Shown: positions 23,363-32,526 of the stretch, in pieces | Position numbering within the stretch: position 1 is the first letter of the stretch | Layout of the letters: every line of letters begins with the position of its first letter | From: Caecitellus pseudoparvulus | Lineage: Eukaryota > Protista > Bigyra: Bicosoecida | Direction of reading: 5' to 3' | Length of the DNA: 64,000 bases | Assembly: GCA_965644315.1 (NCBI GenBank) | Contig: CBFFRQ010000090.1 | Span: forward strand, 1 to 64,000 | Translations under genes and position numbers: made by a program | Notes under the pieces: model-generated | The model's database searches: none | The model's input: the letters and a program-made list of their open reading frames with translations, nothing else | What the model was told of the DNA's origin: nothing

Positions 23363-24385
23363 ATGGCACACGCACAGCCCTCTGCCGGCGCAGGCACTGC
23401 CACGGCAGCTGAGCCGCCGAAGACCCCCGAGGTGTCTGCTGCAGGAGTGTCACACGGCTTTCTGTCCCCGATGCAGGCCAAGCTGCAGCAATACAGCGCA
23501 GAGGTGCGCTTCAGGGCCAGCGTTTCGCCCCCTTGCGTTTCACTTCCGCACACGCCTTGCTCGCTGCTGCCCCAGGAACTTCGAGAGTTCGCGGCCCTGA
23601 TCGAGTACAAGGACCTTCGCAGCTCAGCAGTGTCTGGCGTGTATGTCCTGCCAGACTTGCGGGACCGCTTGCTGTGGCACGGCGTCGTCTGCCTGTCCGC
23701 CGGCCTGTACGTTGGCGGCGCCTTTCGCTTCCAGGCACGCCTCAGCCCCGACCAGCCCTGCGAGGGCGCCTACCCCACCATTGCATTTTGCTCCCCCGTC
23801 CTGCACCCGCTGGTGGACGCCGTCACGGGGCAGCTGGACCTGCACACCCGCTTCCCGACGTGGACAGAGACGTCCCGCACGGCAGATGCCGTGAACTACG
23901 TCAAGGAGGCGCTCATGCTGCCCCTGGAGCAGCTGGCCCGCCTCAAACCCACAAACCAACACGCCCACGACCTCCTCCGCTCCGACCCGGGGGCGTTTCG
24001 TGAGCAGGCGGCGGCATGTGCCGCGTCCTCCCGTGCACCGGTGTCTGAGGGGGACCTGGACGCGTTGGGCGTGCAGGGGGGGGCGGACGGTGACGAGCCA
24101 GGAGCAGGGGAGCAGTCAAGAGGCAAGGGCTTGCTGAGCTGGGCCAGGCGCTTTGCGGGTGGGTCCAAGGGGGGGGGTGACACTCCCCAGGGAGGGGACG
24201 GCGGCGAGGAGAGGGTGCTGGACGCCTCACAGCACTACCTGGGCCCAGCCCCCATCACGCCCGCATCAGAGGACCTGCGCCAGTGGCTGGTGGCTGAGAA
24301 ACGCAGCGGGAAGGAAGTGCTGGCCCGGTTGCTTCGGGGGACAAGGGGGGGTGGGCCCATGTCCCCCGCTCCGCCCCGCACCTGA
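23363..24385 (+). CDS. AKTIP: AKTIP/FTS/Crossbronx-like ubiquitin E2 variant (catalytically inactive UBC fold)
   Basis: LIEYK..SGVYVLP..LWHGVV..GLYVGGAFRF..HPLVD..GQLDL, with Asp at the catalytic-Cys position. Probable in-frame intron at ~23503-23575. Confidence 0.75.
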   Translation: MAHAQPSAGAGTATAAEPPKTPEVSAAGVSHGFLSPMQAKLQQYSAEVRFRASVSPPCVSLPHTPCSLLPQELREFAALIEYKDLRSSAVSGVYVLPDLRDRLLWHGVVCLSAGLYVGGAFRFQARLSPDQPCEGAYPTIAFCSPVLHPLVDAVTGQLDLHTRFPTWTETSRTADAVNYVKEALMLPLEQLARLKPTNQHAHDLLRSDPGAFREQAAACAASSRAPVSEGDLDALGVQGGADGDEPGAGEQSRGKGLLSWARRFAGGSKGGGDTPQGGDGGEERVLDASQHYLGPAPITPASEDLRQWLVAEKRSGKEVLARLLRGTRGGGPMSPAPPRT

Positions 24386-24534
24386 GCGCACAGAAACAGG
24401 ATTGCGCACAGGCTGCCTTGTGGTGGGTACGAGTCCATGTCTTTGTGGCTGGGTGTGCTGTGGCCCTGCGGTGCGCCGTCATATGCGCAGCAGCCCTGCC
24501 AGCAGGTGGTGGGGGGGGAACCCTGCACGGCGTT

Positions 24535-25863
24535 TCACACACTGCCCTGCAGCCAACGCGGCAGGCGTGGCAAAGGCGCTTTCAGGCTGTGCAGGGTAGA
24601 GGGCGCTTGTGAGTGTGGGTGAGTGAGGGGGTGGCGGATGGGGGGGGGTTGCAGGGCACGCACGGGGGGGGCCAGGGTGAGAGTGTGGAAGCGCCAGGTC
24701 ATGAGCGGCTGCCAGTCTGGCGTGCCGGCCCCAGGCTCGTACGCTGCAGCGGGCGGGAAGCCCTCGTCATCCTCTGCTGCCCAGTATGCCGCGGCGGATG
24801 GCCGGGCGTCGAATTGGCGCACAATCGCCAGGGGCACTGCGACGGGGCGTGGGTGAGGGCGGTGCATCGGTGTAGATTTACGCGAGCGTGTGGGTGTGCA
24901 CGCACACTGCTCTGGCATGCGCAGGCATGCCACTGTGCGCTCCCCTAGGCCGGTATCGTGTGTCCACTCCTGGAAGGGCGGCGCCACCAGCGCGCCACAC
25001 ACACCAGCACCGTTTGAGCGCGTGAAGTCTTCCGTGGAGATGGGAGGCAACATAGCCTCAGCTGTGAAGAGAAATGGCGTTCCGCTGAGGCGAGGGGCTT
25101 CGGCCTCCTGCCTGCTGGACTCACAGAGGTGTGCGAATTCGCAGCTCTCCTCGCCCCCTGCTCGTGTGACTTGGATCTCCTGGCGCCGGCCGCTGTACAG
25201 CTGTAGGGTCGACACCCCAGCGTGCATTCCAGCAGTGAAATTGAGTGCACTTCGTCTGCCTGTCCAATCAAAATGCACCAGCACTTTCGCAACGCGAGGG
25301 GGCCAGCCGCCGTCGTCCTGCGCGAGGCAGGTGAGCAGAGCAGTGAAACGCAAGCGCAACGCCCGCCGCAGGCAGGCGGCCGCACCGCAGGAATCAAGTG
25401 TGCAGTGGAGACTACCTCGGCTGAGAACTGCGGTGGAAGGCCCAGTCTCTTCGCTCGTGTGCACCGTGTACCCCCCATACAGGCTAACGTGAAGGCCGCA
25501 GCCAAGCGCAGCATGTTTGAGCGGGGCATCGTTGCCAAGCGTCGAGCACTCGCGCTGCTGTGTAGGGGAGGGGACCTCGTGAGCTGGATGCAGGCATTCT
25601 AGGGTCGTTTCGTTGTGTCGCGCTACCTCCACCACGTACCTCGTTGTTTTGACCCTGAGGAGGAGCACGCAGAGATCCCTGAGGTGCTCCGTTTGCAACC
25701 CACACAGTCGTGAGGAGGGGCAATATGTCCAGCGAGCTAAACTACAAGTGGCTTCAAATTGTGTCCTACGCAATGCAACTGCAGCAGAGTATACAGTTTG
25801 CGCATTCCTCGCGCTTACGCATACCTCAGCAGCGAGCCTCGCCTGCCCGGTGCCTTCCCACAC
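24535..25863 (-). CDS. hypothetical protein (5' end uncertain)
   Basis: A 442-codon ORF fills the gap between AKTIP and the next gene. No recognisable motif. Confidence 0.35.
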   Translation of the reverse strand: MWEGTGQARLAAEVCVSARNAQTVYSAAVALRRTQFEATCSLARWTYCPSSRLCGLQTEHLRDLCVLLLRVKTTRYVVEVARHNETTLECLHPAHEVPSPTQQRECSTLGNDAPLKHAALGCGLHVSLYGGYTVHTSEETGPSTAVLSRGSLHCTLDSCGAAACLRRALRLRFTALLTCLAQDDGGWPPRVAKVLVHFDWTGRRSALNFTAGMHAGVSTLQLYSGRRQEIQVTRAGGEESCEFAHLCESSRQEAEAPRLSGTPFLFTAEAMLPPISTEDFTRSNGAGVCGALVAPPFQEWTHDTGLGERTVACLRMPEQCACTPTRSRKSTPMHRPHPRPVAVPLAIVRQFDARPSAAAYWAAEDDEGFPPAAAYEPGAGTPDWQPLMTWRFHTLTLAPPVRALQPPPIRHPLTHPHSQAPSTLHSLKAPLPRLPRWLQGSV

Positions 25864-25940
25864 CCGTTGTACCGGGAGCCGACTTGCGCAGCCGTCTGTT
25901 CACACGCACGGACAGCATGTGCGCTGAACGCTGTGCACAG

Positions 25941-27061
25941 AAGCGGGGGTATGGTGTTGGGGGCGAGAAACTCAGTGAGTGCCTTGTGAAGAGCAGCGCG
26001 GCGCAGGGTCAGCTGCAGTGACTAGCCCGCCATTGCTGTTGTGTTGTGCAAACGCGCGTCACACGACCCATCTTCGTGACTGCACAGAATACCTGGGCGT
26101 TTCTGAAGACCCAAACAAGCCTGCCCTCTACTCTGTCCACCGAGGTATGCCTGTGAACCCCCCATTCCGGGCGTTGCAGAGCATGTGGCGCGTGCAACAG
26201 TTTCCGCACTTGTTGCCGCCTGCCTCCCGCAGACAGGCCATTCAACGCAAAGCTAAAAGGCGCCCAAATGCAGACAAGCATGGGAGGGGTGGTGCGGAAG
26301 GGCCTTGGGCGTGCTGCCAGCGTGCAGCCTGACACGTTCTCAGCCCTGTGAGGACACTGCACTGCGCTTCAGCTGGCGCTGCACTCTGCCTGCACTGCAG
26401 CCCCGTCACCCCCCGGCACCGCAGCGAGTACAAGAGCCACCCCTACGTGGCCCCTTCAACTCTGGCGTACCAAGCCACCAACAAGGCGAGCCAGCGGGGC
26501 TTCAACTCGACTGGCCCCCGCCCCAGCGCCCTCATGCAGGCCCTCTTGCAGAAGTGGACGGACAAGGAGAACCGGCGGTGCATGCAGCTCATGGAGCGCA
26601 CGGGCGCCCTGGAGGCAGCACGCACCGCCCTGGCAAACAAGAAAGCCAAGGAAACACAAGCTTCCTTCGCGTTGGACCCCTTCAGCGAGGAAGCCAAGGC
26701 CAGCAGGGGGCACGCCGCGTCACGCCCTGATTCCCGCGGAACCAGCGGGGTGTGGTCACTTGGATCAGGGCGCACGGGGGCGAGCGGCACTTCCCGCCCG
26801 GCATCTGCGCCATACACACGCAGCTCGAGAGCAGTGCGGTCCCGACGAGTGTTCGCGTACGACCAAGTGCACGGCGACGAGCGGTGGGACATGCAGCCCA
26901 CCGCCAAGCTGAAGGACAAGTCGCGTGACCGGCGGTACGGCCTCATTCGGCCCTCCTCTGCCAGCATCGGGGAAGGCACGCGGAACATGCAGGCGCAACG
27001 GCCGGCATTCGGCAAGACAAACTCCCTTCGTGCATTCTACACGCCTGTGTCACAGCATTGA
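25941..27061 (+). CDS. hypothetical basic protein, possibly cilium-associated; multi-exon, start uncertain
   Basis: Short exons (YLGVSEDPNKPALYSVHR, RPFNAKLKGAQMQTS) flanked by GT/AG, followed by a terminal exon EYKSHPY...RAFYTPVSQH. Confidence 0.45.
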
Positions 27062-27140
27062 CACAGGCTGCGCTGCCAGTGCCCCTGCAACCTTGAGCCT
27101 ACAATGCAGCGGCACAGCAACCTCGTCCCGCCCACCGGCG

Positions 27141-29049
27141 TCACCAGTGACTCAGGGACATCAGCATGTTGTCCATGCGCAGCAGCACCGCATCCAGGCG
27201 CTCAATGGCGGTGCGGATTTTGCCCACCGACGCCTCGAACGCGTCCACATCTGCTGCAGTGCGCTCGGCACGCAGCAGCTTGTCTTGGCGCTTGGCTTCC
27301 TTGTGCCGGCGCACGCGCAGGTTGTACATGACACGGAAGGTCTGGGACAGCACGGCAGCCTTCACAGCCTCCATGCTGGCCTCGTACAGGTACACCGTGT
27401 GCTGTGGCAGGAGGTTGGGGAATTTGGGCAGCGCCTGCTGCGTCAAGATGCCCGTGCTGTGCAGGTGGTACAGCGTGTTCCTGGCCGTCTTCAATTCCAC
27501 CAGAGCCGCGTCAGCTACCATCTGGTCCGTCATCATGCCTTTGCTCAGCAGCAGGCGCACGATGCGCGGGGCGTGCACGCCGTGCTGCTGCAGCAGCACG
27601 TTCATGAGGGTGGCTTCGGCCAAGTCGTCCATGACGCGGCGGAAATTGACACTCCACGTGCCGCCGTCAGCACCGGCGGTGTGGCGGTCCACGATGCCAC
27701 CACACGCCCCAGCCATGACTTCTAACACCTTTGTCACTTGTTCCCAAGTCAGCTCCTTCGCAGGCGCCCCCCCCGGGCCTTTGTCCAGCCGCGTCGCGGC
27801 AAGGATGTCGCGCGCCGAAATGGCCTTGCTGTGACTCTGCCCGCTGCCCGTCTCGAAGGGCAGAGACAGCCGCAGCAGCGCCTCCACCACTCGCTGTGCG
27901 CGAGGACTGAGTTTTAACCGCACGTAGCTGGACAGGGCCTCGTGGCGCAGCAGGCGCTGCACCGCCGCGAAATCGAACCGCCACAGCAAATCATGCGGCG
28001 CCTCCCCTGCCACGTCGCCCGCCTCCAGCACGGCCGAGGTGAGGGCGCCCCCGGACACCATCTCCGCCCGAGTGCGCTTGCCTGGTCGCGGCACACCGCC
28101 GCCTGCCGCGGTGGAGGCGGCGGTGGCTCGGCGGCTGGAGGTGCCTGCCGTCGCCTGGCGAGCCCGGGCAGCAGCCAGGGCAGAGTGTGCCTTGGCGCCG
28201 CCACTGCCCTTGCGCGACTTTGACGTGGACGGCTTGGGCACCAGCTCGTCGTCGTCGTCACTGTCTGTGTCGGGTGCCACCAGCGCGTCGCCCAGCAGCG
28301 GAGGCGGCAGGATGGCCAGCTTTGTGCCCGAAACCTGCTCAGGGGGGAGAGGCACACCCTCTGCTCGTGTCAGCATGCGCGCAGAGACCAGGGCCCGCCA
28401 GCCTTCTTGAAACGACGTCTGGCTCAACTCCTCGCCTGCGTTTCGTGGCGTAACGCTCTCGGCCTGCTTGGCACCCGCGATGGCTTGCTCCTGAGACGCA
28501 ACACCGTGGTGCAGCACCTGCTCGGCAAGGATCGCTGCTGCCGTGCCCAGGTGCTCCTGCACGTACACCAAGCAGCGAGGCACGCGCAGCAGCAACACAG
28601 CTGCGTCCACAACAAAGCTGTATCGGATGGTGCCCAGAGACATGACAGCCCCGCCTTCCTTAATTGGCGCACGGTCCACACGTGCCGTCGCCAAGCCATG
28701 CTTCAGCAGCACGATCAACGCGTACCGCACCTGTGGCGTGGGAAAGGCGCTGCAATCGACGGCTCTGCGGAAGTTGACCTGGCACGCTCTTCCGCACCTC
28801 TGCGGCATCCTGCCTGCTGGGCACTCGGTCGCGCCGGTCTGTCACTGCTGCAATGAGTTCCACAAGAGTCAGCTGCCCCCGCTGCTGCAGCGTATCAGCA
28901 ACGTTCTGTGCAGGCGAGCAGCGCGGGGAGCGAGCACGGTGCGGACTTTGCAGGCGAAGCGTAGCCGGCGCAGATCTCACCCCAACCAGCGGGCCAAAGT
29001 GCTGCGTGGTCAGGTCCACCGCCAGCAGCACCTTGTACATATCTGCCAT
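27141..29049 (-). CDS. POLR3C: RNA polymerase III subunit RPC3 (RPC62/RPC82); 3 exons
   Basis: N-terminal HFGPLVG-NVADTLQQRGQLTL..VRYALIVLLKHGL after two GT-AG introns. Also GVHAPRIVRLLL, ARNTLYHL, and a C-terminal coiled coil YNLRVR..ERLDAVLLRMD. Confidence 0.88.
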
Positions 29050-29388
29050 GACTGCCACCACCTTCTTTCCTCAGGCGAATGCCCTCCGCGTGCCTGGGCA
29101 AACCTCGCAGCGTGGCTGGCCCGTGCTGCCTTGGCCGTCCCCTAGCAAGGCGCGGCAAAGCCCGGCAACGTCACCACACCGCAGCCAGAGGAGCGGTGAG
29201 CGAGCGGCGTGGCAATGCTGGTTGAAGAAAGCGGGGATTTGGCACGTGCGGGTGTGCCTGCAGAGTCAGGCAACCTGGTCGAACTGAGCGCGAAAGCGAG
29301 CTTCACCACCACTCCCTTGCGGTTTGCATTGCGCTCTGTGAACTGAGGCACGGCGGCGGCTGGCCATGACGCAGCAGACACACCAGCA

Positions 29389-30399
29389 CTACCGCACTGA
29401 CCCTGCCGCTCGCACCAGCACCATGGACCGCCTGCCCTGCCGAGTGCACGTGCCGGCCCACACGGCATCCTTGGCGGGCTGCACAGCCACCTGCCCAGCG
29501 GCAAGCCGTGTCTGGAGGGGAATGGCTCGATGGCCGGTGAGGCCCAGCAGCTCTCTCGTCAAGGCCGGATGCCCAGCGGTGCAAGCCTTCCGAAATGCGT
29601 TCTCTGAGACCGCATGAACATCCACCTCACGGTGCCCGGTCAGAGCAAGCAGCTCACGAACCACGTCCAAGTGGCCATTCTCACAGGCCAACTGGAAGCC
29701 ATACTCAGGCCAGTCCGTGGGCCCAGCGTGCACATTCACTTCTCGATGTCCATCCAGGGCAAGCAGTTCGCGCACCACATTCACATGGCCCCACTCACAT
29801 GCAGATCGGAAGCCACCCTCGGGCCCACCCCAACCCTTGGCGTGCACATTCACTTCTCGATGCCCCGTCAGCGCGAGCAGTTCACGCACCACGTCAAGGT
29901 GCCCATTCATACATGCGAATTGGAAGCCGACCTCTGGATTGCCCATCACTCCAGCATGCACGTCAACCTCACGGTCGCCCGTCAAGGATAGCAGCTCGCG
30001 GACCACATCCACGTGCCCCCTCTCACAGGCCAGCCGAAAGCCACCCTCAGGATTGCCATCCTTGCTCACTGCGTGGACGTCCACAGCTCCTGGCCCCTCC
30101 ACGCCCAACAACTCACGCACCATCTCAACACGGCCCGCGCCACACGCCTCCACAAATGCCTCGTCCAACACGCCGTGCATGTCACAGGCCCCGCCCTCGA
30201 CCACACGCAGCACCCTGTGCAACAGACCGGCCAGGCCTAGCTCACACACCAGTCGCGCTGCCCCAGAAACATCCAGCGCCGAAAGTGAGCCCACACTGGC
30301 GTCATCGCCCTTTGAGCGCTCTTCTGCCAGTGCCACCAACGCCTCAGCATTGCCAGGTCCACACACCTCCCACCCGCCAGCATCGTCCGCCTCGGCCAT
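29389..30399 (-). CDS. ankyrin-repeat protein, copy A (N-cap + 4 internal 38-aa repeats + C-cap)
   Basis: Repeats of GFxxACxxGHxDVVRELLALxGxREVDVHA. Intronless. Confidence 0.9.
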   Translation of the reverse strand: MAEADDAGGWEVCGPGNAEALVALAEERSKGDDASVGSLSALDVSGAARLVCELGLAGLLHRVLRVVEGGACDMHGVLDEAFVEACGAGRVEMVRELLGVEGPGAVDVHAVSKDGNPEGGFRLACERGHVDVVRELLSLTGDREVDVHAGVMGNPEVGFQFACMNGHLDVVRELLALTGHREVNVHAKGWGGPEGGFRSACEWGHVNVVRELLALDGHREVNVHAGPTDWPEYGFQLACENGHLDVVRELLALTGHREVDVHAVSENAFRKACTAGHPALTRELLGLTGHRAIPLQTRLAAGQVAVQPAKDAVWAGTCTRQGRRSMVLVRAAGSVR

Positions 30400-30680
30400 G
30401 GCGTGTTGGCGTCAGATTCCGCAGGTGGCCCAGGCTGATGCTTGCCGCTGTGGGGCTGCCAAGGCGCGGCTGGGTGTGCGTGCTTGTTGCTGTGTGTGAG
30501 GCAATCGGATGCAGTGTCGGTGTTGTGGAATTGGCTGGTATGCAAAAGTGTTGCTTGGTCGTGTGGCCCAGCCAGTGGCGCTGGCTCGTCCACCCTTTGG
30601 ATGTGATTGGTCATGCAAGGCAGAAAGCGGGTGCTGGTGTAGCTAGGGGCATGCCGGCTGCTGGCCGTGTCACACCAGCA

Positions 30681-31802
30681 CTACCGAGCTGACCCTGCCG
30701 CTCGCACCAGCACCATGGACCGCCTGCCCTGCCGAGTGCACGTGCCGGCCCAGACAGCATCCTTGGCGGGCTGCACAGCCACCTGCCCAGCGGCAAGCCG
30801 TGTCTGGAGGGGAATGGCCCGGTGTCCAGTGAGGCCCAGCAGCTCTCTCGTCAAGGCCGGGTGCCCAGCCGTGCAAGCCTTCCGAAATGCGTCCTCTGAG
30901 ACTGCATGCACGTCAACCTCACGGTGCCCGGTCAGAGCAAGCAGCTCGCGCACAACGTTCAGTCTGCCAAAGCGGCACGCCTCACGGAGCCCAAACTCTG
31001 GCTTGCCCTCAGGCCCAGCGTGCACATCGACAGCTCGGTGCCCATCCAGCGCAAGCAGTTCGCGCACCACGTCAAGGTGCCCATTCATGCAGGCAAATCG
31101 AAATCCTTCCTCAGGGTTTCCCTCAAACCCTGCGTGCACATCCACCTCGCGATGTCCATCCAGCGCAAGCAGCTCACGCACCACATCTATGTGGCCAAAA
31201 CTGCAGGCTCCCCGGAAGCCGGCCTCCGGACCCTGCACATCCCCGACATGCACGTCAACCTCACGGTCGCCCGTCAGCGCTAGCAGCTCTCGCACCACGT
31301 CTATGTGGCCAAACCTGCAGGCTCCCCGGAAGCCGGCCTCGGGTCCATCCTGGTCAGCAGCATGCACGTCCACCTCGCGATGCTCCGTCAGTGCCAGCAG
31401 CTCGCGGACCACATCCACATGCCCCCTCTCACAGGCCAGCCGAAAGCCACCCTCGGTGATGTAGAAGTGCTCTGCGTGGACGTCCACCGCTCCTGGCCCC
31501 TCCACGCCCAACAGCTCACGCACCATCTCAACACAGCCCGCGCCACACGCCTCCACAAATGCCTCGTCCAACACGCCGTGCATGTCACAGGCCCCGCCCT
31601 CGACCACACGCAGCACCCTGTGCAACAGACCGGCCAGGCCTAGCTCACACACCAGTCGCGCTGCCCTAGAAACATCCAGCGCCGAAAGTGAGCCCACACT
31701 GGCGTCATCGCCCTTTGAGCGCTCTTCCGCCAGTGCCACCAACGCCTCAGCATCGCCAGGTCCACATACCTCCCACCCACCAGCATCGTCCTGCTGAGCC
31801 AT
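30681..31802 (-). CDS. ankyrin-repeat protein, copy B (N-cap + 5 internal 38-aa repeats + C-cap)
   Basis: Same repeat as copy A, with near-identical caps and upstream region. Confidence 0.9.
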   Translation of the reverse strand: MAQQDDAGGWEVCGPGDAEALVALAEERSKGDDASVGSLSALDVSRAARLVCELGLAGLLHRVLRVVEGGACDMHGVLDEAFVEACGAGCVEMVRELLGVEGPGAVDVHAEHFYITEGGFRLACERGHVDVVRELLALTEHREVDVHAADQDGPEAGFRGACRFGHIDVVRELLALTGDREVDVHVGDVQGPEAGFRGACSFGHIDVVRELLALDGHREVDVHAGFEGNPEEGFRFACMNGHLDVVRELLALDGHRAVDVHAGPEGKPEFGLREACRFGRLNVVRELLALTGHREVDVHAVSEDAFRKACTAGHPALTRELLGLTGHRAIPLQTRLAAGQVAVQPAKDAVWAGTCTRQGRRSMVLVRAAGSAR

Positions 31803-32526
31803 GGCGTGTTGGCGTCAGATTCCGCAAGTGGCCCAGGCTGATGCTTGCCGCTGTGGGGCTGTCACAGTGCGGCTGGGTGTGCGTGCTTGTTGCTGTGTGT
31901 GGTGCAATCGGGTGCAGTGTCGGTGTTGTGGAATTGGCTGGTATGCAAAAGTGTTGCTTGGTCGCATGGCCCAGCCAGTGGCATTGGAGCGGAGTTGCGT
32001 CAAATCGTGCGTTGACAACACAACAAGGTGCACGTTGCTTTCCACGCTCAGCCAAAGACACACCCCCATTTCGAGTCATGGGGCACGCCACTTGACGGTT
32101 GCAGGAGAAAATGTGTCACCCAGTTGGTTGGAGAGGCGTGTGCCAAGCCACGCTGACCTGTCTTCGTTCAACTGCAGGCCTCATGGATTCCTTCATTGGC
32201 ACCCGATTGGCGAGCGACTTCAGAGCCTTAGTGTTGGTCCACTTGGGACATGTCTCGTTGATTCCAGATGCGGTGATGCAGGGATTCTCCATCTGGTTCG
32301 GAGTAAGCGCCTACTTTCGCTTGCACAACTACTGCCATCCAATGCATCACATTCACGTCGCAGCGGCAAACCAAAAACTAGCTGCCCATGCACCACCGAG
32401 CCGCCTTCCTCACTATTTGCAGCCTCGCATTCAAGCCGCGGCAAAGGCAAGTCCAGCGTGGCATTCAAACGGCACACAGCACCACTGCCTGTGGCGCACG
32501 GGAAGTGCGACGGACGACACCGCTGC

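Larger units (their letters stand above)
29379..31982. repeat. tandem segmental duplication (29379-30579 vs 30671-31982) including ~180 nt of upstream sequence
   Basis: Near-identical DNA from CACACCAGCACTACCG through GGCCCAGCCAGTGGC in both units, except for the internal repeat array. Confidence 0.9.

Noticed and set aside
23363-24385. Active ubiquitin-conjugating enzyme
   Set aside because: The catalytic Cys is replaced (GQLDL) and HPN is HPL, as in AKTIP-type variants.
29590-31480. CRISPR-like repeat-spacer array
   Set aside because: The 114-nt period is in-frame coding for ankyrin repeats, the repeats are degenerate at synonymous sites, and there are no cas genes.
31801-32526. 242-aa N-terminal extension of the GCP4-like ORF
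   Set aside because: It starts on the antisense of the ankyrin start codon, runs through duplicated upstream DNA and looks non-coding. GCP-like sequence begins near Met 32527.
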